Shown here: positions 10,531-25,400 of the stretch, in pieces
Numbering within the stretch: the first letter of the stretch is position 1
How the letters are laid out: each line of letters starts with the position of its first letter
NCBI GenBank assembly: GCA_964199315.1
Contig: OZ116699.1
Location: 21,452,001 to 21,516,000, forward strand
DNA from: Orbicella franksi
Lineage: Eukaryota
Direction: 5' to 3'
Length of the DNA stretch: 64,000 nt
Notes under the pieces: model-generated
Told to the model about the DNA's origin: nothing
The model's database searches: none
What the model saw: only the letters and a program-made list of their open reading frames with translations
Program-made: the position numbers and the translations under genes

Positions 10531-13428
10531 TATATGAGCTCCGTTTCCACCAAAACCCACATCATGTTTAGAAACTGCTTACGTATCTGTTAGTAAACTT
10601 GCTTACTGACTTGAAAGTTCCCAAAGTTCAAAACTACAGAAAGTGTTAAAGTTCATAGACAGATTCGGCCTACGTGGTGTCATCCTTGTTGCTACCCAAT
10701 CCAGACCACGTGATGATTCGTTTGGGAGGTTGCAGTGGCGCAATTTGTCACACGCAACTAGTATGTGCAAACAGAACAATTGTAACATCGCAAATGAATC
10801 ATCACGTGATTTGAATTGAGTGGCAAATGACAAGGATGTGAACACGTCAGCCGAATCCGTCCATTTTGTGCGATAACTACTTGAAAGAATTGGTAAGTGG
10901 CTTTCGTGGTCACACAGTGGAGATTCTCTGATTGAAGCTTGAACTTGTTTAACTAAGCTGGTTTAACTAGACATGTCAATGTGTAGTTGGTGTAAACGGG
11001 GTTTCAGCATTGCGGGTGATCATGAGAATCACGACTGTCAAGAACGCTACATGAATGTTGTAAAATGTTCTTGACTCTCCGATTCTCCAAACAATGCTAA
11101 AGCATAGTTCATTATATTTTCTTAGGCATATTTTAATACACGCATGTTCTGCATGATTTTCTCATTTTAGTACTTCAATTTTGTACGATTTTCGTATTTT
11201 TGTAATTCCAATTGGCCACGTTCATCACAGTGGTACTTTTGCTGTTTGGTATACTCTTTTTTAAGACGTAGTTAGGTATTGCTTATTGGATAGGAGAATG
11301 ACTTGTCGAAGATATTTACTAAATACCATTACATTACAGAGTAATTATAGACCTATTTAGCCTCGTCTGCAATGGTGGTGTTGCGTGATGTACGATCAGT
11401 GTATGTATTGGGTGACGTGTCCAGTTGAACGTCCAAAAAGTCGAAATTTGATCCTGTTACCCTCAGAGTCAGTCACGAATTTTGACATGCCGTGATATTC
11501 CTGCTTATAGATGCATTTTCCAAAACAATTTCCTATGGGGTTATTTGTGGGAGGGCGGGGATGGGAGCTTACTATCCGAAGGAATTCGGCGCTTCAAAAT
11601 ACAAAACAAGCTATACGACAGGGGACCTTTAATTGGACGAAGTTATACCTTTCTTTGAGAGCTAGAACTCAATATCGGCCCATGGGCTTATGTTCGGGGG
11701 ATGAGAGTTTATTTTCGAAAGAATTTTTGAATTTGAGGTTTGTATGGGGGAAGCTAAACAGAGATTGAACCAAGAGACCTTAATTCATTCCACCAACTTG
11801 TGATTGGCTCGTTTCCCCGCGACTGATCCAAAAACGCGAGGAAAATACTCGACTCCTTTCCTAGGACCGCTAGCAGGATACGTGAGGTTCTTACTCCTGG
11901 TCTTTGTAGATTCGTTGGCCTTTATAGGCCTTAGACTGTTCATACCACAGAGTGTGTGCAAAGCTTAGAAACACCACCACTGCAGGCTGGAGGATGACAC
12001 TTGGTAATTAGTTTTGTCAATCGATGAGCTACGCTGGACGTTTCTCCAATATTTATTACTCTGTTTGATAATAAAACGATATGTTACGAAAGATTTGCGT
12101 CTTCAGTTTTTTGACTTTGTCAGAATAATTTATTGCCATACTTATGGGTAAGTTTGGCCATAGTAAATTCACTAGCCAGCAGATGTTCCCCATCGGCAAT
12201 GACAAACCCTGGAAAAGGCAGCCTCTGACAAAAGATTGCGGCAGTAACTTCAGTACATTAGATAGATATATCGACTCACAATTCGCCCGACATTTTGTAC
12301 CAATGTCGCGAATACATTGGCGGTATATATTTCTCCACATGTATTCTGGAATGGCTGGAGATCATTTGGTGTCAATTGACAGATTACGAGACTGGAACGA
12401 GTGAGCGTTCATTGACACATCAAGTCAAAAAACAACCTGACAATTTGGGAGAACCCGAAAAACTGGAAAACCGGCCCCACCTCGGCCTCGGTTGTCGGCT
12501 TGTGTCCCGAAAGCACTTCTCTTTCTTCCGAAGTTCCACTCGTGTTTTTCGATTTATACTGTAATAAGAGGAAAACGTTTTCTATTTCACAAACAAAACA
12601 CCTGATTTAAGTAATTTTTACGATCTGTTACGTTCCATTTTCTACTGAGTTTTCAAGAGGCCGGTGCGTTCGTCGAACCGCGACCTCTGCTCTAAAATTT
12701 GGTCAGTTTGAAAGAATGACAACGGTTTTGCAATTGTAAATCTCGGTTTTTTAGCAAATTGAACCTATGCATGCGCAGCAGGCTTGATTTCGGGTCGGGT
12801 CGCGTTCCTCTACGGGAAGAGACTGGTTCTCCGCAGGCGTTGCCTTTCAGGACGTCTTTCATGTTCGCTTTCAGTATATCACCACTCATAAAACTAAAAC
12901 ATTTCAATCTGACCTACTCCATGTAAAGCGTATTTCAGTGACGAAGACTCACCGCTACAAAACAGGGTTCAATAGTGCTGAAGTATTTTCCTATTCCTTT
13001 TCTCAACTTCTCCTTTTTCAGTAAATTTAAGCCCGTGATTTCAGCCACGTCTTCCCTAGCCTCTCTTTTCCGACTCGAATAACATCTACACCATCAGTCT
13101 AGAAAACATATTTTAAATTTTCACAGTCATGGTAATTAGTTTTGTTTGCTGTAGTTACGGATCTACAGGAATTATGTATTCCCGAACCATATATTTACGC
13201 TCATTACATAGGACCGCCATGCTCCTCTGCCCTTTTGCGCAATCTCAGATCCACCATTTACATATATCCGGGGTTTTCCGAGAATCATTGTCACTTGTGA
13301 TGCCTGAAACATGGCGGATCCTGGCGAGAATGTGAACGAATCTTCACATTTTCACATGAAGTAACCAGTATAATATGCCAAGAAAGCATTTTATAATAGT
13401 TGTAAATAACAAAGCAAATACGTAGATA

Positions 13429-16400
13429 ATGTCTATTCATCAGCAACAGAAGTCAGTGGTGAACTCCAGCGCGGTTTTTCCGAACGAAAGGTCGCCATCG
13501 ATTTCGGATTCGTCAGACGAGGAAGATGATGATTTGGACGACGAAAGCGCCGAACATTCAGCGGTAAGGTCGATTTGTCGCTGTTTAGTATTTTTTATAA
13601 AATCTTTTGTCTTAGTTTTATTACGTACAGCAATCTAAAAGGACATTTTCGCTATTTGAACGGCAGAAAAAATGTTCTTGGCATGTTAATTATTCTAACT
13701 CCATGATTAATATTAAAGCTATGAAAGCTAACCCTTCGACTTTATGATGGAAAATATTTGTTTGGTAGGAAAGAATTGCTCAGTCGAATGATTATTTAAA
13801 ATGAAAATGAGCCATTTCCTTGGGAAATGGTCGTATGATCCGTAATAAAATTGATCTACGCGACAGTTTCGGGAAAAGGCGAGCGGTTAGCTATAAAGCG
13901 GTTATGTGTTCTTTGCCGCAATGCTCGAGACCAAGTTTGTTCAGTGTATTTATTTTGACGGGTACATTGTTCGCTTTTTATCAAGTTTTAAAAGGGAAAT
14001 TTTTGATGCCATCGCGGGGAAAAACGGGAAGAGAACACGTATTTTGAGTACATTTCACTTTAAATAACTTAAGCTACGAGTAGTCACAGAGTGCGATGCC
14101 TTTCTGCTGAAAGAATCTCTTAATTTCAAGAGTAGGAGGGCATCGGCTTATGAAAAAGCCAAAAGTTTATATAAGACTGATCTTTAATGCTTTAAAAACT
14201 GCGACCAAAGAGTCCCTCGCAAAAGCCTCTTGAAGAACAAGGTAGATTTCGTTTCTATTGCAATGTTTGGTTTGTGATCGCTGCCGATCTCTACGGCGGT
14301 CAGTTCCGAAGCCTAAAACACGTGCCGGAGGAGTGGTCTAAACGAGAATCGTAGAACTTAAATCGCCATTCGATTGAAATCATCAGTTATTTCTTGTATT
14401 AGCCGTTTCCTTTTACAATAATTTTGTCATAAATCTGGCGAAAATGCAAATTGTTTATTTCGTATTCTCAGTTATTTCCTAGCAGTCAAGTATTTAATGA
14501 CTCAGTGAGCGTATTTAACTTGTGTATTGTGTTCTTCAACCTCATGTCTTGGTGAGCGCTGTCAGAAAACAAGCAAAAGTGTACATTTGTATCGAGAGAA
14601 AGTATCAAATTGATGCCCATGTCAAAATGATGTTGTACTGTGATTTCAGCTACAAATGTATGCAATGAGGTTTGTGGCCTGTCCTACACAAGTATCTTTA
14701 GTATTCTATTGTTTTTGCCCCAAGGGGATAACTTGAATTACATAATCATGTTACAACATTGTTGTTGTTGTTTGCACATATTGTTTTTCAAGTATTCCTT
14801 TTCAGTACTTCTTAGTTTTAAGTCCTGTGAAATCAAGAAAAATGTGTTTTTTATTTGTCGAGCACTGTAAATAATAGAGTTAGCTTCTTTAAACTTCGTT
14901 AAAAAAGTATAAAAAACATGTCTGAATTATTGGTCAACCAGTCATACTTTTAGCTTTAGGAGAATATATTTTAAATGACAAGAGTTTTAATGACAAGTCT
15001 GTTGTTGTCTCCTTGTTTTTGTCTTATTCTGCATCCTCTGGTTCGAATATTTTGCTAAGAACCTGAGCTGTATAATTTTGTTTATTTGTCAAATTTTGTA
15101 ATCTTGTATCTTCATGTGGACTCTCCAAATGGCACATCATAGCTATAGGTCAGTTAAGATTTCTAATAGATGAGATTCACATAAGAGGCTTCATCAGACT
15201 ACATATAATGTGGAATTTAATTTGTAAATGTGTCAGGATAATGAAACTTCAGTGGTGCATTGGTTAGAAAATATTTTAAGAAAGATTAATCTCCCAAGTT
15301 CTGTAAAGTTGGAAATTGAAATATAGACCACTAAAGTTCAGAATCTGTTTCAGAGCTAAACTTTCATTGACATGTGCATGTACACTGTATGGTTTTAAAA
15401 AAAAAAATTATTTGCTTTACATTCAGGCTAGAAGGTTGAACCCTGTCTGTGGAATATATGATGAAAATGAGCTACTTTCTACTGTAGGCTTATGAACCTA
15501 TTGTTTAAATCAAAATATATACATGTTTAACTTACCAAAACATTCCCTGCATATCACCTTCAGATGGAGTACATTCTTAGAGCGAAAAGGACTGAACTCA
15601 CATCGAAACTGATGCTGTCAGGTTCAGATGGTCTGAGTAATGACTTACGGAAGATGGACCCAGAAACTCAGGCTCGTTTAGAGACTCTTTTAGAAGCCGC
15701 AGGTATGCTGATGTTTTATTTGGCTAGCTTTTAATCTGCACATTGTTATTGTTATCTGTTTTTTTTTTATCGCACTATTTCTAAATTGTACGTCAAGCAG
15801 TACTGGTCTTATGTCACCATGACACAATTTATTTTTCTGCAAGGTGTTGGTAAACTGGCAGATGGGAAAGCATTCACTGATCCAGAAGTTCTTCGCCGGT
15901 TGACATCATCCGTCAGCTGTGCACTGGATGAGGCTGCTGCTGCTTTGACAAGGATGAGAACTCAAAATAATGGCATGCCATCTTCAGCTGGTCAAACTAC
16001 TGCAGATTCAGGTTTGTTGGAGAGTTGCATGCATTTGCTTAGTGTTAAGATACATTCTTACAGTGTCATGGTGTAAATGCCTTTGACTTGTCCAATTTAT
16101 TTTCGTAGCAATGTAGTTTTCTGTTTCCTCGGCGTCAGATTATGGTAATGAATAAGAGACCAAAGAAACGAAAACTCACACTATTTGGAAGGCTATCAAA
16201 CCAAAAAGAAATTTGAACTACAAGAATCACCTTAGTATGGCTTGCCAAAGTGTCACAAGTCATGATTTGTCTGTAGTCAATTAGAATGAGAATCATGACT
16301 ACCTTGATCTGTTGGGGCTGAAAATTGACCCTAGAGCCTGGTGGCAACTTTCAGTTAGCTTCCTTGAATTCTTAGTAGGCCAGTACAGCATTAGTGGCCT

Positions 16401-19400
16401 TCAGTTTCTAACTAAAAAATATGGTATTTACAGTATGTGAATAAGAATCTCAAATCTCTTGCTGAATCTATAAATAAATAAATAAATAAATATACATTTA
16501 TATAGTGCCATTTTCCACTAATTGTCCATGGCACTTTACAATACTTTAAAATTAAAATCCTAAGTTTAAAATCCTAAAATTGAAATCCTAATCCTTTAAA
16601 AACCTAAAATCCTAAATCCTAAAAGTTAAAATCCTAAGAATTAAATATGCTATATAATACAATTAGGCTACAAATAAAAAGTAAAAACTACAAATCAAAT
16701 GCACGCTTAAAAAGATAAGTCTTAAGATTAGCCTTAAAAACTGCCTCTGATGATGTAAGTCTGATCTGGAGGGGTAGTTTGTTCCAGAGCCTTGGTGCCG
16801 CCACGGAAAAAGCCCTTTCACCATACGTTTTAAGATTTGCTCCAGGCTCATCAAGCAACCTGTTGTTTGAAGATCTTAGTGTGTGACCAGAAATGTTAAA
16901 TCACAGTAGGTCTCTAATGTAACCAGGGGCCAGTCCATTCAGAGCTTTGTAAGTTAACAACAATATTTTGAAAGTAATCCTAAAATGAACTGGCAACCAA
17001 TGTAAGTTCCTTAGTATTGGTGTGATGTGTTCCTGCCTTCTAGTCAAGGTAACAAGGCGAGCTGCTGAGTTCTGTACAAGCTGAAGTCTATTAATCAGAT
17101 ACTTTGGGAGACCGTACAGTAGGGCATTACAAAATTTATGACGATCTATGACTTGCACAATCTTAACATGGGACTTTAAAGTACTCTGGGTGAGTCTGGA
17201 GTCACACAATTAGAATTTAAATCAAATTGGATTATGAAATTAGAGTTGCAAAAAAGAAAGGGAGAGTCCACCAATGTACCTTTTATTATATATTTCAACT
17301 TTAAGTGGTTCCTGTCCACATAATCAGCTTTGGCAAGCAAACTGCCATTTAGTTTTAACCCTGCTATTTCTATTAAAGCTTACATGTGAATGTACTGTAG
17401 TTTCAACAAGGCTGATTGTTACAGTACAAGGGTTTTGCTTGAATTTATTCTTTGATGTTTCAATCCAGGGGCTCGAAGCCTTGCAGAAGCTTGCCTGGAA
17501 GGTGATGTCAGTGCTGTACGGAAGCTGCTTGAAGAGGGCTGGAGTGTACATGAACCAACTGATGAAGGCGAAAGTTTACTCTCTCTAGCTTGTTCAGCAG
17601 GTACTAAATTGGATTGAATCATTCGCAGAGTTATCACTTGTGAATCATTGATGTGTTTTGACTCGATTATTTGTACAGTGTAGTTTGTGGAGACATACTC
17701 AATCTAAAGTATACATTGTGATGATGTGTACATGTAATGTGAAATACATAAAATAGTATCACTTAGTTTTATTTGGAAGTTCACGTTTTTCACAGCGTTT
17801 GTTTTCTCGATTTATAGAAAGTCATGAAAATTGCAAAAATTAATTGTTGGGAAAATAAGTACATGTAACAATAAGGTACATGCAACATGGCAGCCACACT
17901 TTTGTCATTTCGATCTCTCAGGATTGGCTGCAAATTTTCAATAATAAGTTATGACTTGTAACTTATTTTTCTCCAGTTGTATAGAAGTAACCTAGCAGTA
18001 TCTCAATTCATATACAACCAGGTTATTATGAACTTGCCCAAGTGTTGTTGGCCATGAATGCAAGTGTTGATGATCGTGGGAGTAAAGGAGACTGCACCCC
18101 TTTGATGGAAGCCTCCAGTGGTGGCTATATAGATATAGTAAAGTTGCTACTTGAGAACACTGCTGATGTCAATTCACAATCACAAGCTGGTAACACTGCT
18201 CTCATCTATGCCTGTTGTGGTGGTTATGAGGATGTTGTTGAGGTGCTTTTAAATCATGGTGCAGACATTGAGGCTCATAACGAGAATGGTCACACACCCC
18301 TTATGGAAGCCGCAAGTGGTGGACATGTGAACGTAGCTAAGATGTTACTTGAAAGAGGAGCTTGTATTAACTCTCATTCAAATGAGTTTAAAGAGAGTGC
18401 TTTGACCTTGGCGTGCTATAAAGGTATGAAAATGAATGGTTTGAAAAGCAAAAACATCAGTGCACCATGTTGACTTTTATTTTCTCACTTCCTGAAAAAG
18501 GCCAGTCAATTTTGCTGAAACATTGATTTTAGAAAAAAAAAGTCTGAAAAACAGAGAAGAACTGTTCATCATAACGTAATAATCACAACAATACAGTGCA
18601 AATTTAAATGCATAAATTATGTGTTATTCAAACATAGGTCACCTTGAAATGGTCAAGTTTCTGCTTGATGCTGGAGCTGATCAGGAACACAAGACAGATG
18701 AAATGCACACAGCACTGATGGAAGCATCCATGGATGGACATGTGGAAGTGGCAAGGCTTCTTTTGGATCATGGAGCACAGGTGTGTATAGTAGAAACCCA
18801 GTAGTGTGGCTACCAACAGGCTACTGGCTGTAATTTGACTGATGTTTTTGTGAACAAAGGGGTAGTAATAGTGAGGTGGAAATGCCATCGGGCTGGTTTC
18901 ACTCTACATGAAGAATCTTACAATTTAGGACTGTCGTGATTTTCAAGGAATTAGCTTCATATTATTATATTGTCAAAGTAGATAATCTTTGGGATGGTAT
19001 CAACAGTGCAGGTCTTCTCTTGAAGTGCCAGTATGAAGTATAAAACATTACCAAAATATCTTCTGCCCAATAGTTCGGTTTTGATAATTATTAAAATTCT
19101 GACTTGGATATGAGGATTGGGGGAACAAAACAAAGAAATTAACTATTCATTTCTTAACCTTGATGTAATTTATTTTGCTTTATTGTCATGAGCCTCAAAG
19201 ACAAGTTTGAAATTTAGCATATCAAAATTGGCCAATTAGCCAGGGTAGCAGTGAATGTTCACAGAATTCTAAATTAAACAATTGTAACTTTTTTCTTTGA
19301 AATACTTCATGCCATGCCTTGGTTATTGGATGTGATGATTCCCTATCATACCTTCTTATGCCTTGGTTATTTTCCAGGTTAACATGCCAGCTGACAGTTT

Positions 19401-22400
19401 TGAGTCACCTTTGACATTGGCAGCCTGTGGTGGCCATGTTGAGCTTGCTGACTTGCTCATCAAAAGAGGTGCATTCCTGGAAGAAGTTAATGATGAGGGG
19501 TAAGTAGGCGGTAAACAATAGTTGTTTTATTGACAATGACATTACAGGTATATGTAGCGATGTTTTGAAGCTTGAAGCTCTTACCAAGACATGAGTATAA
19601 TTTCATATTGATTGCACTTGTTTTTTAGGTACACACCTCTCATGGAAGCCTCCCGGGAAGGACATCTGGATATGGTTGCGTTACTTCTTGAACATGGTAA
19701 AACTAAAAGGAGATTCTGTTTCAATTTGACCAGTGTGTTGCATGTATGTTGTTTTGTAATATCTGCTGTTTTCTGCTATACTTTAGGAGCTGACATTCAT
19801 GCACAGACGGAGGAGACTCAGGAGACAGCTTTGAGCTTGGCCTGTTGTGGAGGTTTTCAAGATGTAGCTGCATTTCTTCTTCAAGCAGGTATAATACATG
19901 AAGACAGTTTTCCTTTACTAACTGAACAATGTTGTTAAACCAAAATTAATTCTTTCTCATGGAATTATTGCTTATTTTATATTTTATTTCCTTTGTCATA
20001 GGTGCCTCCATTGAGCAAGGCTCATCAACTCCTCTGATGGAAGCTGCACAGGAGGGCCATGTTGACCTGGTTAAATTCCTACTGGAGCAAGGTATTATGT
20101 TTTCTCAAATTTAGGGCATAACTGTGAACTGAAGTGCACTGGAAACCATTGTTTGCTTGTTTGTTTGATTTGTTGGTTGATTAGTTGATTGGTTGAAAAG
20201 ACAGACAGATTGTTTGACAAGGACAGACATACCTGTACTACTAAGTTCATTTATCTTAAGTCTTAGAGCAAAGATTCTCCCACTGGTAATTGCGCAAAAT
20301 AATGTACCCCGTGCAGTGTATAACAAACATTAATAACCTTGGTGAAACGTTTTGAGAGTTGTTTGAGTGATCTGCTTTTGTTTTAACTATACATGTGTAA
20401 AATGTGAAGTCTTTCTCATATTCTGCCCTGTCAAAAATGTACCAGAAGCAAGTAAATCATTACAATAGATTACTTGTTATCTTCTTCACAGTGGAGTTCA
20501 CTGGTCCTGGCTAACAAAAAAACCCTCTCTAGCCTTTATTGCCTTCTACCTCTCTTGTCCTGTCTGCAGCTACAAAATATTTTGACAGTGCTGATATTGA
20601 CCATTTATTGCAGGGGCTAATGTTAATGCAACAACTGCTACTGGTGATACACCACTGTCTTTTGCTTGTGAGAATGGTCACACTGATGTTGCTGATGTTC
20701 TGCTGTCAGCTGGGGCTGAACTGGTGTGAAAGTTTTGTTAACTGTATTATGTTTTCGTGTATTTTATTGCTCTTTACATGGGGTGAAATTTAATTTAGGC
20801 AAGGTCCTTCACCAATGCAGATCTCAGGGCTTTTGCCAGGCTCAGTAAATATACAGCTCTTCCATTGGGGGTTGAGCCATTTTACTCACATTGCCTTCAC
20901 CTTCAGTCTTGGTAAAAGCCTTTCACTCCCATCCCTACCCTCCCTCTAAGTAAGTACATGTATGGGTAAGTTTTAAATTTTTCACTGAGAAATTCATTGT
21001 GATTATTCCCGGTGGTTTTTTCTTTGGCTGTGCTTTGAAAGAAGTTGGTAATATTAACTATGTAAATAAGTACTCTTCCTTTGCAATAGGAGCATGAGTC
21101 TGAAGCTGGTCGCACACCTCTCATGAAAGCTGCAAGAGCTGGGCATCTCTGTACAGTACAGTTTCTTATCAGCAGAGGTATACCTGCAACTTATCATTAC
21201 TTTAGTCAAGTCAAATCTGGCATCGATAAGATGGGAAATATTGATTGTTTGTAGTTATTTGTATCAGCATTACTTTTTACACATGAATGTGGGGTCAACC
21301 ACATCTTTGTGAATGAAACTTATGAAGCAAGTGATGATTAAGAAATTTCCACTTCTGACTTTGTAGGAGCTGATGTTAGCCGGCAAACCACTGTCAATGA
21401 TCACACGGTGCTTTCTCTTGCTTGTGCTGGTGGGCATTTGGCAGTTGTAGAGTTACTGTTAGCACATGGCGCTGATCCCTTGCATAAGCTAAAGGTGAGA
21501 ACTGACAGAGGATTTCTCTTTCTGCTTCCCACTTACAAAGAAAATTAAATCTTTTTGAATTCTGGTTCTGTTAATATTGTCATGTTTTCTTATGAGGTTA
21601 GATGATATGCCATACATGTGTATATGTAGCATTCATTTAGTTGAGTGGTATTTTATTTTATTTTATTTTTTCCCACAGGACAATTCCAACATTTTAATAG
21701 AAGCAGCAAAAGGTGGCCATGCCGCAGTAGTTTGCTTTCTCCTGGAGAATCCCATTGTCTCCAACCCTCCTGAACTACCACTTCATTCATTGCCTGCTAC
21801 CCTTCCAACTCCCACTGTTCCTCCACCCCGGGTGCCTCCTGTTCATGCAACACAACCCCCAGTCATGGATCATCCAGATATGACAGATATGTCAGCTGAA
21901 GCCTTGATGGAAAACCAACAACTGATGCTGAACCAGCTGTCAAACACTCCCTTGTCGCCACAGTCCCCTCTAATGTTGAACACTCCTGCCAACTTTCTCA
22001 TGCCAGAAATGCCAACCACATCTTGTTCAACCTCCTCTACCAGGCCTTCTGTCAGCCAGTCCATGTCTGATATGTCAAGCAATATGACATCAACAGCCGT
22101 GCAGACTGATAACAAGGTTGTGATTTGTGAGAAGCTCCAGCTAATTCAAGGCAAGCTAGCCAAGGCCTTGAAGAGTGCTAACCTCTCGCTGGAGAACATC
22201 CCCCCTGAGCTGCTTCAGAGCGTTAATGAGGAGGTGTCAGCACTGAATATTGATGGAGAGGAAATTGCAGTGCCTCCATCACCTTTTTCTATGCCTGTTG
22301 GCACTGGTGGAGTGATTGGAGATCAGGATGGTATTGAAGGTTTGATGGTTGCAGAACCTGCACAAACTCTACATGACACTATTGGAGATATGCTTTCTGA

Positions 22401-25400
22401 AGGTATACCTTTAGTCACCACAATATTAAAAGAAAGAACATTTAGTATGAAACTATATGCATTCAGTCTTTTATATTAGTCCCAAAAGTGAGAAATAGTT
22501 CTGTCTTATAATAATATTATACTATGATACTGTCAAAGCTGTGACTGTTGTGATGTCTGAACAAACTCTTTGGAATAGCATTAAAAGAAATGACAGAAAC
22601 AGCTTGGGTTAGTAGCAGCGGAGGTTTCATTATTAGGGAGTTTTAGCAATGATGACGGCAACGGCGGGGACGAAGCCTTGTAAAAAATGTGTTTTTATTT
22701 CACCTTCGAATGTCACACCTTTGTAAATCTGTTCAGGGTGCCTATCGGTCTAAAAACTTGCTCAGGCTAAACATGCACCGACAGCGTTCAATTCAAAAAA
22801 AAAATACCAAAAATTAGCCATTGCGGTTTGCTTTCTCCAAAATACGTAGAACTTAGTCATTTCATGTTGTTGTTTTGTAGAGGATGGCAAAGAAATGTAC
22901 CAAGATTCAAAACGCATGTGCAGAACCATTGTTCTGCTAATTAAACCTTTTGTTTGGGGATGCTCTCGTTGCCGTTGCTGTCGTGGTTTGTTAAAACTCC
23001 CTAATGTTTTAAGCAGCAGGGCAAGTGGTTTCACAGGCGGGCGAAACATTTCGAACTGAACTTCTTTATAACAAAAACTGTCTTCTACATAACGTAGATG
23101 GTCAAACCAGGTGGGCAAAATCATCCTTTTAGCCTGTCAATTTGGCCGGTGCCCGGCCCTTAGTGAAACCCCAGCAGTAGACAGTTTTCATTTAGATAAT
23201 AGAGACCTAAGTGCACTCAGTTCTGTATGTATCAAAGTAGTGCATTCAGCTGGAATGTCTGACAATGTTAAAACAATGAATTTTTACTTGTACAACTGTA
23301 GGTATTTTAAAGTTACATGTATTGTGATGGGAATTGCTTTAAAAAGCTTGTAAGCGATGGTCTGGCTCGGGCACTAGAACATGGCAGTATTTTAACAGGT
23401 TCATGTATGCGCAATATCTTCTCAGATTCAAGCAATAATAGCAGTCCTCCTACTCCTCCTGACCTCAGTACGTCATCCTTGCCACTGACCCCCACCCCAT
23501 CACCAGCCTCACCTCAGTTTCCACCTATGATTGATGTGGATCAACAGACAGACAGTAACTCAGACACAGCACTCACTTTGGCAGCTGCTGGAGGTCATGA
23601 TGAGCTTGTAAGCCTTCTGCTAGTCAAAGGCTCTGACATTGAGCACAGGGACAAGAAAGGTACTTACAGAATGCATGGGCAAAATAATTATCAAAGAATA
23701 ACGATCAGAGACCACTAGAATTAATCTAGATGCACAGTACACCAGTGCTAGATCCATTAACTTAGGAGAACACTTATGGAGTGTTAGTTGTTGGGCATTT
23801 AAACAGCGTACATTAATACCATGTTTTTCTCTATGATGTACTTGTAGGCTGCACCCCACTGATTCTAGCAGCCACAGCTGGCCATGCATCCACTGTTGAG
23901 ATCTTGTTGGATCATGGAGCAGATATTGAGGCTCAGTCAGATCGCACCAAAGACACTGCACTTTCCCTGGCGTGCTCTGGTGGTAGGCAAGAGGTTGGTA
24001 TCTGGTATTGTAGTTATTTAACAATAGTACTGCTAACATTTTGTTTTATCTTTGTTATTTTTTTTTTTTTTTTTGCATCATGAAGCATTGATTTGATTTC
24101 TAAGTAGAATTATCTCCATGGGTGTTAAACTGTAAGAAGATAATGAAAACTGAAAACCATGTTAAAGATGGTTAGTTTAAAAAATTTCTTTACCAAAGGG
24201 AGGTTGGTGTTACATTTTCTCCAAGAAAATTATTCACACTTTAAGTCTAGAAAAACTTAGAGATCTCAAGAGTGCATTATCTTTTTAGATAACATTCTAA
24301 CTGGTTTAGAATGTAGCATGAAAAGCAAGAATATTTATATCTGAGAAGGGGCAGCGATTGCACTAACAAATCAACATCTGGGACATAAGGGCCCTATAAT
24401 TTCTAGCCCAGCATCTATTACAAAATAATGCATGCTCAGCTCCTTGGAATTTTAAGGAAGAGAATGGCAATCAAACTTTAGGTTTATATAAAAAAATACA
24501 AGAAATAAACAGATGAGCATGTAGGAAGGTGGTACATGTATCAGTATTTGCATGGGTACTTCAATATGCATGTCAAAAATGTCTTAGATGACAAGAATGT
24601 GATTGCACGTCAATCAACGATGTTTATTTGTTGTCTCAATGAAGTAAAACACCTAAAATGATCATCTTTCTCATCAGGTGGTTGAGTTGCTGATTGCTAA
24701 AGGAGCAAACTTTGAACACCGCAATGTGTCTGATTACACTCCACTAAGTCTTGCTGCATCTGGAGGTTATGTTGGTATCATCAAACTTCTGCTGAGCCAT
24801 GGTGCTGAAATCAATTCTCGCACTGGGAGCAAACTTGGAATATCACCATTGATGTTGGCATCAATGAATGGCCACACAGCAGCTGTTAAACTCCTGCTGG
24901 ATATGGGAAGTGACATCAATGCACAGATCGAGACCAATAGAAACACTGCGCTGACTTTGGCCTGCTTTCAAGGACGACATGAGGTTGTAAACCTGCTGGT
25001 GGAAAGGAAGGCAAATATTGAACATCGTGCAAAGGTAAAATTAATGGGCCATGTCTGAGTTACCTTGTGCCTCTTTTTCAAAACGAATCTCCATGCAAAA
25101 CCTTCACATGAAAATGAGTTTGATTTGCATGAGGATGAACTTGTAGGCAAACTAATTTTAATGTGAATGGTTTCACATGAAGTACCACTGGGTAGCTGGT
25201 ATTGGGTCTTGTGGGCTTGGATCTTTGCAGGTTGAAACAAAAATCGTTTAATGTCTATTTCATGATTATTTGTTTTATAGACTGGTCTGACTCCCCTTAT
25301 GGAAGCAGCATCTGGTGGGTATGTGGAGGTGGGTAGAATCCTTCTTGACAAAGGAGGTGATGTTAATGCTCCACCTGTTCCATCCTCTCGGGACACAGCT

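Noticed and set aside
12056-12564. Short ORFs with a faint retrotransposon integrase flavour
   Set aside because: No catalytic motif could be aligned convincingly in any frame.
23317-23398. In-frame upstream extension of ANKRD17 exon 15 (LVSDGLARALEHGSILT)
   Set aside because: No acceptor of the required phase was found upstream of 23399 that avoids a stop; left out of the model, though RNA-seq could revive it.
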